A stretch of DNA of 64,000 bases from the human T2T-CHM13v2.0 reference genome, Homo sapiens. Numbering within the stretch: position 1 is the stretch's first letter; each line of letters opens with the position of its first letter. Below the pieces are notes generated by a model, which did not search any database, was not told where the DNA came from, and saw only the letters and a program-made list of their open reading frames with translations. This document shows, one piece after another, positions 1 to 16,980 of the stretch. The stretch is taken from assembly GCF_009914755.1 (NCBI RefSeq), contig NC_060938.1; one strand, 5' to 3'. The position numbers were made by a program, and so were the translations under genes.

Positions 1-222
1 CCTGGGCTCAAGCGATCCTCCTGCCTCAGCCCCACAAGTGGCTGGGACTACAGGGGCAAGCCACCACACCTGGCTAATTATTTTTTAATTTTTTTGTAGA
101 GCAGGGGTTTTGCCGTCTCCCTTTGTTGCCCAGGCTGGTCTCCAACTCTGAGGCTCAACCTATCCTCCCACCTCGGCCTCCCAAAGTGCTGAGATTATAG
201 GCATGAGCCAGCATGCCTGGCC
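1..222 (-). mobile_element. Alu (J-like), cut by window edge
   Basis: Antisense Alu sequence ending ...GAGCCAGCATGCCTGGCC. Confidence 0.9.
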
Positions 223-229
223 ACATTTT

Positions 230-650
<421 letters not shown>

Positions 651-651
651 T

Positions 652-950
652 AGGCCAGGCACGGTGGCTCACACCTGTAATCTCAGCACTTTGGGTGGCT
701 GAAGAGGGAGGTTCACTTGAGGCCAGGGGTTCGAGACCACCCTGGGCAACGTCTCTACAAAAAAATAGGAAAATAATTAGCTGCCTGTGGTCCCAGCTCC
801 TGGAGGACAGGAAGCATTGGGGAGGGGGGCTGAGGAGGGAGGATCGCTTGAGCCCAGGAGGGTGGAGGCTGCAGTGAGCTATGATTGTGCCACTGCACTC
901 CAGCCTTGGCAACACAGTGAGACCCTGACTCCAAAAATTCTTTAAAAAAA
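652..950 (+). mobile_element. AluJ-like
   Basis: GGCCAGGCACGGTGGCTCAC start, dimeric, A tail. Confidence 0.9.
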
Positions 951-1145
951 CATTTTAAGTATAAACAAAACTTTCACTAGCCCTACTTTTCTTTCCTTAA
1001 GAAAAGCTTCCCAAAAGAACTGTCCACATGCCCCATAACAAATCACAATCGCTATTACTGGTATCCCACTCTACTCCCCCTATCCACCAACACGCAGCAG
1101 CCAGAGTCAACTTTTAGAACATCAACATTTAATTATTAGCCTCTT

Positions 1146-1149
1146 CTTT

Positions 1150-1181
<32 letters not shown>

Positions 1182-1432
1182 TTTTGCGAGACAGAGTCTT
1201 GCTCTGTCGCCCAGGCTGGAGTGCAATGGTGCGATCTCAGCTTACTGCAATCTCCGCCTCCCAGGTTCAAGCGATTCTCCTAAGGCTCCGGAGTAGTTGG
1301 GATTACAGGCGCCCACCACCACGCCAGGCTAATTTTTTTGTATTTTTAGTAGAGACGGGGTTTCACCATGTTGGTTAGGCTGGTCTCCAACTTCTGACCT
1401 CAGGCGATCCGCCCGCCTCGGCCTCCTAAAGC
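1146..1432 (-). mobile_element. AluS-like
   Basis: Poly-T then antisense Alu; TAGCCTCTTCTT on both flanks. Confidence 0.9.
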
Positions 1433-2235
1433 GTAGCCTCTTCTTAAAACCCTTTTAAATAGCTTCCCGTGGCTCTTAGAATAAAAGTCAACGTGTGGTT
1501 AAAATAAACTAAAAACCTTGCTGTGATGTAGTCCTTCTGGGTCATTCCACACCATATGTCTTCCACTAAACTTCAGTCACACTCATATGGCCCACCTTCT
1601 AGTCGTCAAAATAGCCAAAACCTCTCCAAGCCTTACAGCCTTCACACAAACTGTTTCTTCTACAGAGGACAGAGAAAGACAATGGTTTCGAATGTGACGT
1701 CCAAACTATAAATCACAGGACACTGAATTCTGCGGGCTTTCATTAGCATAAGAGCTGCCTCCGACGGGGGCAACACTATGCGGGGTGTGCCAGGAACTGA
1801 TTTAAGACTGTATTCAGATCTTCCAAGCAACGCCAAAGACTCCAGCTTATAAAGAGCATATTTGATTGCTTATACTGTGTGCTAGGTCCTTTTATCCTTC
1901 AAATGACCACCTACAGGAGAGACTAAGGTCCAATTCACAACTGAGCCTTTAAGGAGGTTAAGTAACTAGCCCAGAGTTCAACAGAAAGTGGACGGGTTGT
2001 TCAAAGCCAGAGCTACTCCCGACCTCTACTCTATACACTGCCTTTCCTCCGGCCCGTAAATACAACGAATGAACCTGCAGGTTGGTAGCTCCTGGGATCC
2101 GAGGTTGGAGTGCCACAGGACCCCAACCTGCTCTCACCCCGGGACAGGGAAATACGAACAGGGGCACAGGTCCACCACCAGGTGCCTCCGCGAGGGGCAG
2201 CAGCGCAGGCGGCGGGGAGGACCAGCGGCCACTCA

Positions 2236-2379
<144 letters not shown>

Positions 2380-2554
2380 CTACGCACGCTCCCCTCCCTC
2401 AGCGCTCAGAAGAAGCCACTTGACCCTCCACGGCCGAGGACCCGCGCTCTTTAGCCCCGCCCCTCACGCGGGGGCCAATGAAGTGGCGCGCCTTCGCCCC
2501 ATGTGGGAGAGGCTGCGGTGGCCAATAGGCGCGCGCGTCGGAGGGCGAAGGGCC

Positions 2555-2615
2555 GGCCAGGGTGCCGCAGACGCGGGGACGCTGGCTCGCTCCCTCCCTC
2601 CCTCCCTCCGACGCT
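2555..2615 (+). other. DMAC2L: DMAC2L non-coding first exon (5' boundary approximate)
   Basis: Just downstream of the CCAAT boxes; ends at donor GCT|GTGAGT (2616). Confidence 0.7.
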
Positions 2616-3246
2616 GTGAGTAGAGAAGCTAGGCCCCGAGCCGGGCGGGACTAGGGTGGTGGTTGTGTTCTGCCCTCGCCCGTCGCCAACGCTGGGCTGA
2701 CTGAAAACCTGGCCCTTTGGGTCGCGCGTCTTCGACTTTCACCGCCATGCGGACATGGGGCCGTGGGAGAAACTCTGGGCGGGATTACGGTGAAAATTCT
2801 TGTTTGGGCGGGCCCTGCGGCTTCTTTCTTCCGGCTCGCCCTCGGCCCCGCCCTCGCCCCGCCCCCGCTCCAGCTCCAGCCGGGTCCTCGCTCGGCCCCG
2901 CACGCGGCCCGCGGTAGACGGAGGGCCTGGGCACCCACCGTCTCCATCCCGGCCCCAGCCCAGTCGAGCGTCCACTAGAAGGGCGCTCCCTGTCCGGCCC
3001 TAATCCTCGCTCCTCACGGAGGCTCTTTGTCACAGCGAAGACTGACAGCCCGCAGTCTTCTGGACTTCTTTTATGGGGCTCCTGGCGGTGCTATTCATTC
3101 AGTCATTGATTCGTCTTGTAAATATGGAGCGCCTGCTCTGTACTCGACCCGGCACTGGGTACCGGAAGAACCAGACAGCTCGGTTTTTGCCACCATTTAT
3201 AAGTCTGTGTCCTTTTCTTGAGTACTGAACCGAGATACAGTTTTAA

Positions 3247-3286
3247 ATGTGCTGTGCGGTCTCTGAGCAGCGACTCACCTGTGCAG
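3247..3286 (+). CDS. DMAC2L: DMAC2L alternative first coding exon (N-terminal extension MCCAVSEQRLTCA)
   Basis: ATG at 3247, donor CAG|GTCACT at 3287; phase 1 joins 11711 to give ...TCADQMMLFGK, matching the recalled 215-aa ATP5S form. Confidence 0.8.
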
Positions 3287-4331
3287 GTCACTTCACCTGA
3301 TTCCCTTTATGTAAAAATGAGGGCGATGGGCTGTGTAATCTCTAAAGGACCTTCTAACTCTTTAAAATTGTCACTGTGCCGGTGTTGCTAACACTCATTC
3401 TGTATGCTTGATGGCAGTTTTTAATTTTTAGGGTTAGGACAGCTGAACATAACAAATAGAATTATACAGATTTATTACCAGAAGGACTTCGTGTGCCTCT
3501 AAGAATCTTGGTTCCAGTCTTTGGTCAGGTAGCTCCAGGAAATCACTTCACCTCTTTGCCTCAGACCCTCCTCAGTGAACTAGGAATGATAGCAGTGTCT
3601 CCCTAGTCTTAGGGCCGTTGAGCGGATTACACGAGATAAGGTCAGCAGGTGTTTAGCACAGTGAAGCATTTGCTACGTGATGACATTTATTATGGTTAAA
3701 GGGTTTTACCACCAGAACAGTGGTACATAGTTTGCTTTATTTGTTAAAACAATGTAGAATATTGCCTGCTTGTTCCATCACAGATGAAAAAAAGAGATGG
3801 TTATTCAACTTTGTGAGGTAATTGTGGATTTCCATGCAATTGTAAGAATAGAGATTCTGTGTACCCTTTACCCAGTCTTCCCAGTGGTAGCATCTTGCAA
3901 AACTAGTACCATATCACAACCAGGTAATTGACATTCACACAATCCATTGATCTCATTCAGATTCCTCATTTTGTATTAGTGTTCTCTGTGTATATTTAGT
4001 TCTATATGGTTATCAGGTGTGTAGATTCTTGTATCCACCACCACAGTCAAGGTACAGCCCAGGTCCATCACCACAAGGGTACCTCCAGTTGCCCTTTTAT
4101 AACCACAACTTACCTTTGCAGCCCCACCCAATCTATTCTCTGTTTCTAAAATTTTGTTATATCAAGAATGTTACATAAATGTAATTATTGTAATTGTACA
4201 GTATGTAACTTTTATTGACTCTTTTTCATTCAGCATAATCCCTTGAGATATATCCAAACTGTTACATGTATCAGTAGTTCCTTCCTTTTTATTACTGAGT
4301 GGTATTCCATAATGTAGATGTACTACAGTAT

Positions 4332-4691
4332 TGATATGGTTTGGCTGTGTCCCCACCCAAATCTCATCTTGAATTGTAACTCACAATTCCCATGTGTTGT
4401 GGGAGGAACCAGGTGGGAGGTGATTGAATTACGGAGGCAGGTCCTTCCTGTGCTGTTCTCCAGATAGTGAATGAGCCTCACAAGATGTGATGGTTTTAAA
4501 AACGGGAGGTTTCCCTGCACAAGTTCTTTCTTTGCATGCTGCCATCCATGTAAGATGTGACTTGCTCCTCCTTGCCTTCCACCATGATTGTGAGGCCTCC
4601 CCAGCCATGTGGAACTGTAAGTCCATTAAACCTCTTTTTCTTCTCGGTCTCGGGTATGTCTTTATCAGCAGTGTGAAAATGGACTAATACA
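4332..4691 (+). mobile_element. THE1 (MaLR) solo LTR
   Basis: TGATATGGTTTGGCTGTGTCCCCACCCAAATCTC...GGACTAATACA; 5-bp TSD AGTAT/AGTAC. Confidence 0.92.
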
Positions 4692-4816
4692 AGTACATTC
4701 AACTGTTCACTCATTGAAGGACATTTGAGTTGTTTCTAGTTTTTAGCTATTGTGAATCAAGCAGCTGTGAACATGAGTGTACAGCCTTTTGTGTGAACCT
4801 GTTTTTGTTTCTCTAG

Positions 4817-5491
<675 letters not shown>

Positions 5492-5494
5492 TAT

Positions 5495-8335
<2,841 letters not shown>

Positions 8336-10261
8336 ATGGCAGCAGTAATTTAGTAGTGGTTATTTTCTAATTTGCGTTTAACTGGGTTCTTTTAATTTAT
8401 TAGAGCTAGATTCACTAACTTACCACTAGAGGTCTCCTCTTTCCCTATAGAAAGCGTTCCCAAAGGCAACTGTTTGGACTCAAGTAGGAATAATTTGCAA
8501 AATCATTAGCAAAGTTGCAGTTGAAATGTAAAAACCTACCAATTTTTGTTACCTCTATTGCCAAATATAAATTTAATTTTTATGTTTAAAACATTTTAAA
8601 TCTAATATCTTGTGTTTTTAGAGATTACAGCCGAAGTAAATTTGGCCTTTCGTTTAAGCTAAATTATAAGATGGGCCAAAATGAATCAAGCAAAAATATT
8701 CAGTTTTCAAAGACCACTCTAATTCACCTGCTTAATAACAGTTTAACTGGTTTTACCTTTCTCCATGGAAACATGTCAACCGTTGAAGACTATTAATAAA
8801 CAAATATTTATTAAACTTTTGCATTATGCTGAGAAAAATGGAAATGAATAAGATGCCATCCTTGTTCTTTTACTTTGCATACTCTTTTTTCGTTCTAACT
8901 GGAATTTTTTTTTTCATATTCTGCTTCTGCTTCTAGACTAACTGAAAACTCTTAATCATTAAGACCCATTTCAAAAGACACCTCTAGTGTGAAGGCCTTC
9001 TTCTCACTCCCTTCTCTAGATTCTCATGGTATTTGTTCACACCTCTATTATCCAACCACGTTGGGTGTTATTTATCTCTTTATATGTTATCTCTCTTTAT
9101 TAAATTATATGTTCTATGAGGTCAGGAACCTTGTCTTTCTGTGTGTCTCTTTCTCCTTTGTTCTTGTTTTTGTTTGTTTTGTCTTACCATTGTTGCCTTT
9201 GCACTAAGTATAGCAGACATTCAATAAACATTTTTTGAGCGAATGAATGAATGGACATGGCATTTGAGTAAGGTCTTGAGGTTGGGTGGGATTTCCACAG
9301 ATTGATGGTGATGGGGGAGGGAGGCTAAGAGAAAACAGCCTGAGTAGAAGCTGGGAAAGCCCATATTTGTAAATAAGATTGACAACTAATAGAGTTATTC
9401 AAGGTGGGCACAGGCAGAGAGCGCTTTAACAAAAAGTTGGAAAGGGTTGAGAACATGATAAGAGGTAGTGGAGCAGAGGCTTGCAGTAATGAAGACGGCT
9501 GTAGTGGAAAAGGGATGAAAGGGTAGTTGGTTCTGTCTTCAGTTCACATCTCTCACTGTTCCACGGCCTCAGCATCCTCAATCACTTCCTCAGCTTTAAG
9601 GTGTTTCCCTCTCAGGCATCTTTCTAGTCCTCTTCTTTCTCTTGAATTCCAGAACCATGTAATGATTGAGGAAAGGACCCTGGGCTGGTAGAGAACTGGG
9701 TTCAGGTTTCAACACTGCCACCAATTAGTCATGAAACATTGAGCAAGTCCCTTTAAACACATGCATTTATTAATACCCCACCTTGTTTCAGAAAGGATTT
9801 AGGATGTCAGGAAGTTACTTAATATCAGGGCTTCAGTTTCCTCACCTCTAAATGAGAGATTTCATCCAGGTGATCTAAATTCCTTACAGCTCTAATGTTT
9901 TGTGACCTCTGATTCCAATGATTTGTTGGTCATCTGCACTTAGAAATCCTGCTAACACTTAGTATGTAGATTATGAAAAACTAAAAGAAAAAAATCTGAA
10001 CCTATAACCCTGTTCTCCTAATGTGATTTCTTTTAATGGCATCACCATCCTACTACCAGTGACCCAGGGCCAAAACTTGGTGTCATTTTCAACTCCTCTA
10101 GCCCTTGCCCCTACATCTCACTTAACTGAGTCATATGGAACTAACTATGTAATGTCATTCCCATTCTTCCCCAACTAGGCCCTTTCGTATGGCCTCATGT
10201 GATTGAAGCCCTTGCTGACTGGCTGTCCCATTCTGTTGACCCTTAATCTTGATGCTGCTGA

Positions 10262-10600
<339 letters not shown>

Positions 10601-11419
10601 GGCCAGTGCTTTGTTCAGAAACCTCGGTGACTCCCTGCTACATACAGAATACAGTCCAAATTCCCTGGCTGAGCATGCAAAACACTTCACGACCTGACTG
10701 TGCAAGTTGCCTGCCTCTTCTCATGACTCACATGTGCTAGTGAAACTGAAAATAACATGCCTTAAATGTTCCTGCTTCAGCTAATAATCTGGCATAATTT
10801 TTCCTGGCACCTTTGTTTGTTGAAATCCTTTCTGTCCTTATTTTAACTCTTTTGAGGCATTTATCAAGTTCTGTCACTTATTTTAACTACTTGATAACGT
10901 GTCTTAGCCCACTCCATCCTGCATTAAATTGTCAGATGCTCAAAGCAAACACCATGTTTCATTTATCTTTGTCTCCCCATCTCCTCCTCCCTGCCACATC
11001 CAGTCCCCTGCACACACCTAGCATACTACTAGGGAAACTTGAATTGAGGTCAATCAAATCGAAACCTACTCCAGGAATCACTTTCTCAAATTATGGTTAT
11101 ACATTTTGACAGCTGGAAATTAAGCAAATCATCTCATTTTACAAATGAGAAAACCAGAGGTCAGAGAGGTGAAGTTACTTGCCCAGTCTTTCCCAGCTGC
11201 CCTTAAAACAGTTTTTTTGTTTACACTGCTCTGGTAACACCACTTGCAGCCTTGTCATAGGTAGATCTATTTTCATGTCTCCTCTTCTTTCCTGGATGCA
11301 AGCATCTTAACCTTGACACGTTGCTCTTTCGGTGATTTTAGTCTGTCATTTTGATGCTGGAAATATAGATGGGGAATAGAGGAGCCAGCTTCAGCAAATT
11401 CATAGCTACAGCGCCTGAA

Positions 11420-11438
11420 TGGACACTAGATGGCAGTA
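11420..11438 (+). promoter_or_regulatory. Candidate CTCF site
   Basis: TGGACACTAGATGGCAGTA closely matches the CTCF core (CCACTAGATGGCA type). Confidence 0.6.
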
Positions 11439-11715
11439 CGACAGGCAGACTCCAATTGAGGTTTCAACAGTGGAACTTAACGTTCTAGCCGGAAGGAGCC
11501 TTAGACACCATCCAGTCCAACCCCTCATTTTTTTGCAGCAAACAAATAAAAAACCCCAAGAACAAGAAACAGGAGTGACTTGCTCAGTAATTGTTGAGTG
11601 GCAAGTGAGTCATCAGCTTTATCAGTACAAGAGCATTGACTCTGAAGTAAGTTGCTATATGTATGGGACTCGGATGATGATCTAATGTAAGTACTGTTTT
11701 GTGTGTCTAGATCAA

Positions 11716-11822
11716 ATGATGCTGTTTGGAAAAATTTCCCAGCAGTTGTGTGGCGTAAAGAAACTCCCATGGTCATGTGACTCCAGATACTTCTGGGGCT
11801 GGTTGAATGCAGTGTTTAATAA
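11716..11822 (+). CDS. DMAC2L: DMAC2L/ATP5S (coupling factor B) coding exon with main start; exon begins at 11711
   Basis: Acceptor TCTAG at 11710; MMLFGKISQQLCGVKKLPWSCDSRYFWGWLNAVFN; donor AA|GTAAGT at 11823. Confidence 0.96.
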
Positions 11823-12741
11823 GTAAGTTACTCTAAATAAAGTGAAGAAATGTGGAGATGGTTACAGCTAAATAAGTTCCCAATAGCTTGTTTGGCTATT
11901 TCTCATATTTACAGTTTGTGCAGTGTGATCCTAATTTTGTTTACAAACAAACAAAACCCACACAAACATGGAAAAAACACCAGAAAAACAGATTACAAAA
12001 TATTAATTGTGGCTGTTTGGGTTGCAGGATTTCGATGATTTTTCTTACTTGTCCTTTTGATATATTTCAAGTTTTCTAAAACATTTTATAATCAGAAAAA
12101 CTTATTAAATATAATTTTAAAGTATTTTATTTTTATGGCTTTTTAAAGGAATGTAGTTAACCTTTTGAATTCTATCAAAGTAACTTGGGTTTTCAAAAAA
12201 TTAGTGGGTGGCACACTTAGAAATGTCATTTTGAAACTTGAAACTAACCTTCTAATTACTTAATACAGCATTATGATCACTAGCTAGAGAAAAAAGCATA
12301 TGTAGAAATTAATAAATATCACTTAATGAGATTAATTTGACCACAGATTCAGAATTATTTTCTCTTTAATCTTTTGTTATTAATACAAATTCTAACCAAG
12401 TATAGTCATTCGTAGAATAGTTACTAAGTATCTCTGGTGTCAAGCACTGTACTATATGTGAATCAATGAAACGTTGTGTCTGATAAATTCATATAAAAAT
12501 AATACGCCTTGACAGCGTTCACGTGGAAACAAAAACAAAACTAAAAAAGTTAGCAGATAGACTGCAGGTTTTTTTGTTTTTGTTTTTGTTTTTTTGCATG
12601 GATCTCACTAATACATTTATCTTCCTCGTCAGTCACTTGAAATGAAAATTTGTTGCGTTCTGTATTATTTATGTCAGTTAATATAGTTAACAAGCTAGTG
12701 ATTATTGTAAAAGCAAACTGCTTTTTTTCTCTTGCCAACAG

Positions 12742-12950
12742 GGTGGATTATGATCGCATCAGGGATGTTGGCCCTGACAGGGCGGCATCCGAGTGGTTGC
12801 TGCGCTGTGGGGCCATGGTGCGCTACCATGGCCAGGAGAGGTGGCAGAAGGACTACAACCACCTTCCAACAGGCCCTCTGGACAAATACAAGATTCAGGC
12901 GATCGACGCCACCGACTCTTGTATCATGAGCATTGGATTTGATCACATGG
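12742..12950 (+). CDS. DMAC2L: DMAC2L coding exon (VDYDRIRDVGPDRAASEWLLRCG...IGFDHM)
   Basis: Acceptor CCAACAG at 12741, donor G|GTAACT at 12951; 209 nt, phase-consistent; within ORF 12650-13000. Confidence 0.97.
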
Positions 12951-13302
12951 GTAACTACCCTATCGTTTTGCTAATAGAAAATGCAGATGATTTGCAGTGA
13001 CCATTTTGTTGCAGTTGACTCACGATTATAGTCATAGGTATGTCCTTTTTGCCCATTTCATTATAGTCAAGTTTGTTTCTTCCTGTGTTTCATATTTATT
13101 TTCAAATTAAATTGAGGTTACAGACACCTTCCTCTCCTTCCTCCTCTCACTAAGCTTGTTTCTGTATGTCTCTAGTCTTTGGTTTATTGACTTAAAATCC
13201 AGGGCCTTGTTTGTCAAACTATCTTTGTCAAACTTCTGTCATTGAGAAGCCCTCAATAATGCAGGAATAATTATATCCACACAGCTTCTGCTTACGTGGG
13301 CA

Positions 13303-13956
<654 letters not shown>

Positions 13957-14017
13957 TGACTGCGGAATGGTCCTGTCCATCAGCACAAGCTCTATAGTGA
14001 ATTCCTTATATGGTTAA

Positions 14018-14130
14018 TAGGGTGAGCAGTCATTCCAGTTTTCATGGAACTAAGAGGTTTCCCAGGACATAGGACTTTCAGTCCTAAAACCAAGTCAGTC
14101 GTGGGCAAACCAGGACAGTTTGTCATCTTA
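14018..14130. mobile_element. MER81-like hAT-Blackjack MITE
   Basis: ~113 bp, TAGGGTGA...TCATCTTA termini, internal GGACTTTCAGT(C)CTAAAACC; degenerate 8-bp TSD ATGGTTAA/GTGGTAAA. Confidence 0.7.
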
Positions 14131-14170
14131 GTGGTAAAGCAGATTCTTAATCTGTACTTTTTCTCCCCAG

Positions 14171-14342
14171 AGGGCCTAGAGCATGTTGAAAAAATAAGGC
14201 TGTGCAAGTGTCATTATATCGAGGATGACTGTTTGCTGAGACTTAGTCAACTTGAAAATTTACAAAAAACCATATTGGAAATGGAAATAATATCCTGTGG
14301 GAATATCACAGACAAAGGCATCATTGCTTTGCGTCATTTAAG
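14171..14342 (+). CDS. DMAC2L: DMAC2L coding exon (EGLEHVEKIRLCKCHYIEDDCLLRLSQ...IIALRHL; LRR region)
   Basis: Acceptor TCTCCCCAG at 14170, donor AG|GTAGAT at 14343; 172 nt. Confidence 0.97.
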
Positions 14343-14995
14343 GTAGATGATCAAAGCCAAAGTGGAAACTTGATAATGCTGTTAAGGTGAATAGTTAGAA
14401 TTTAATTGACTGTGAGGGGTGGTGTCTTTTTTTAGTTCTAAAAAAGATAATTTTAAAAAATGACCTCACTTTCATCTGTAATATTTTAAAACAGCTAAAA
14501 TGATCAACCTTAATACATTAATGTTGTATTGAATTTTTTATAGAGTATATTTTAAAAAATTAAATCTACATTAAGCACCTAGCATGGTGCCTGCCACAGT
14601 AAGCCCTCAGTAAGCATCAACGATTATGCTTTCTCTCCTTTTTTTTTAAAGCAGTTTCTCCTATGGTTTTAATATTTTCAAGACATTTGGTATATACCTA
14701 TTAGCATTTTACTGTGTAATTATTTTGCTTGAGGGGAGAAAAACCTTGAAATATTCACCTTTCTGTCTCTAGAGCCTAGAACACTGCCTGACACTGTAAT
14801 AATCATCAAAAGCATGCATCCACTGGTTAGGAAAGCTGTTCTACATCCTCTTGTGCCACCAACCAGACCCACGCCATGGCCTGGAGCAAGTCACCTAATC
14901 CCAAATGCAAAAACAGATAATACTAGCAAGGAATGTTTAATTCTAAAATTTGTAAGATTCTGAGTCTCATCGGCGTGATGAAAAAAGAATAGAAG

Positions 14996-15300
14996 TTTTT
15001 TTGTTTGTTTGTTTTTTTGAGACGGAGTCTTGCTTTTGTTGCCCAGGTTGGAGTGCAGTGGCATGATCTTGGCTCACTACAACTTCCGCTTCCTGGGTTC
15101 AAGCGATTCTCCTGCCTCAGCCTCCTGAGTAGCTGGGATTAAAGGCGTGCACCACCACGCCCGGCTAATGTTTGTATTTTCAGTAGAGATGGGGTTTCGC
15201 CATGTTGGCCAAGCTGGTCTCGAACTCCTGAACTCATGATCCGCCCGCCTCGGCCTCCCAAAGTGCTGGGATTACAGGCGTGAGCCACCGTGCCCGGCCT
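14996..15300 (-). mobile_element. AluS-like
   Basis: Antisense dimer, TSD TAGAAGTTT. Confidence 0.9.
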
Positions 15301-15830
15301 AGAAGTTTGTTTAATCAAATCCCTGTGTTAGAGATCTCAACATTCAAATTATGTATCTAATGTAGTTCTGCTTTAATATATAATGGATCTGCCAGTAACC
15401 TCAGTATCACAGGAAGTTTAAGAAATTTTAAACATTAGGACCAAAAGTACTAGATTGTTCATCTCTTACATTACTTGAAGCTTCAAAGCTTCATCTTTTA
15501 GTAGAAACTCTAGTATCTAAGAATTTTCCCAGCTTTTGCCCTTTTGGGGTTGAGATTCACATTTCATGTTTCACATGCAAAGAATATCTACATCATTATA
15601 AATATATATTTTATTTAGAATGATTCAGCTAGAAATATTGATGTAACCCAAAGTCTGTGTTACTTCCTGGCATGAATTTCATCTCTAAGGCTACTGCTCT
15701 AAAAGTAATTTTGAAGGCATAGGGTGATATAGATTCATTTTCTACATAATTTTCTTTCTTTAAGTCAGTAAATTGAGTTTATTTTTAATGCTCTTGGCCA
15801 AATTGAAGTGACTTTTTTCTTTATTTGCAG

Positions 15831-15945
15831 AAACCTCAAATATTTGTTGTTAAGTGATCTTCCTGGAGTAAGAGAAAAAGAAAATCTTGTCCAAGCCTTT
15901 AAGACAGCACTGCCTTCTCTGGAACTAAAATTACAATTGAAGTAA
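15831..15945 (+). CDS. DMAC2L: DMAC2L last coding exon (NLKYLLLSDLPGVREKENLVQAFKTALPSLELKLQLK*)
   Basis: Acceptor TTTGCAG at 15830; TAA at 15943-15945; 107+209+172+115=603 nt = 200 aa + stop. Confidence 0.97.
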
Positions 15946-16086
15946 AATAATGTGTCTTATTTCAGTATAAAGGATCATTTGAAACTGTTGATTCCAAACA
16001 TCAACTAATATTATATAGTCATCAGTAGAATTATAAGGATGCCATATCATGACATTTTAGAAGTGGAGAGTGCATCATATGTAGAA

Positions 16087-16092
16087 AATAAA
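16087..16092 (+). terminator. DMAC2L: DMAC2L proximal polyadenylation signal
   Basis: AATAAA about 140 nt after the stop; a further AATAAA lies at 16914-16919. Confidence 0.65.
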
Positions 16093-16170
16093 TATTCAGA
16101 CGTGGCTCATTAATGTTACTAAGTTGGAAGTGAGAATTTATGAACATTAATTCATTTTAAGAAAAGTGCA

Positions 16171-16465
16171 GCCAGGCGCAGTGGCTCATGCCTGTAATCC
16201 TAGCACTTTGGGAGGCCAAAGCGGGCAGATCACCTGAGGTCAGGAGTTCAAGACCAACCATGGCCAACATGGTGAAACCCCATCTCTACTAAAAAAACAA
16301 AATTAGCTGAATGTGGTGGTGCACGCCTTTAATCCCAGCTACTCTGGAGGCTGAGGCAGGAGAATCACTTGACTTGGGAGGTGGAGGTTGCAGGGACCCG
16401 AGATTGTGCCACTGCACTCCAGCCTGGGTGACAGAGCGAGACTGTCTCAAAAAAAAAAAAAAAGA
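16171..16465 (+). mobile_element. AluS-like
   Basis: Sense dimer with A tail. Confidence 0.9.
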
Positions 16466-16980
16466 AAAATGTAAACTAGGTAACATTTTAATTCTAATAT
16501 ATTCATTTAATATGTAAATCTATAGATATCTCTTGATGTAGATATTTAGAATCCTTTAAAGTTATTTGTACAACAGATGTTTTTATTATAACAGTAATTT
16601 ACATTTAACTTTAAAGTTAGTGAAGCATACTACCATAAATGCACAATTATGAAAAATTAGAAGCTAAATTACAGATTCATTGATGGAGTCAATTATGCAA
16701 AGTGGTCAGTGGTTGTTGAAGCATGCATTGCTTCAACAGGATTTGCGTGCATTTCCCATGATCCTGCATTCTTGTGTTCTTGATAGCATACAGACTTACT
16801 CAGAATCAACAGTTGCTGCTTAATTTGTCTATTTTGTAAGCTTAGGCTACTATTTTATTAAAACTGGACATAGATACTTGGCTGAATACAAATAGTTTTG
16901 CAGATTGCAATATAATAAAGGAAACAGTAAAAACTAGTGGGCTATGCTTAGGTTTTTCTTGAAACCTAACATTGCTTTAG

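Noticed and set aside
2971-2988. CTCF-like TCCACTAGAAGGGCGCTC
   Set aside because: An extra base disrupts core spacing; GC-rich background makes chance matches likely.
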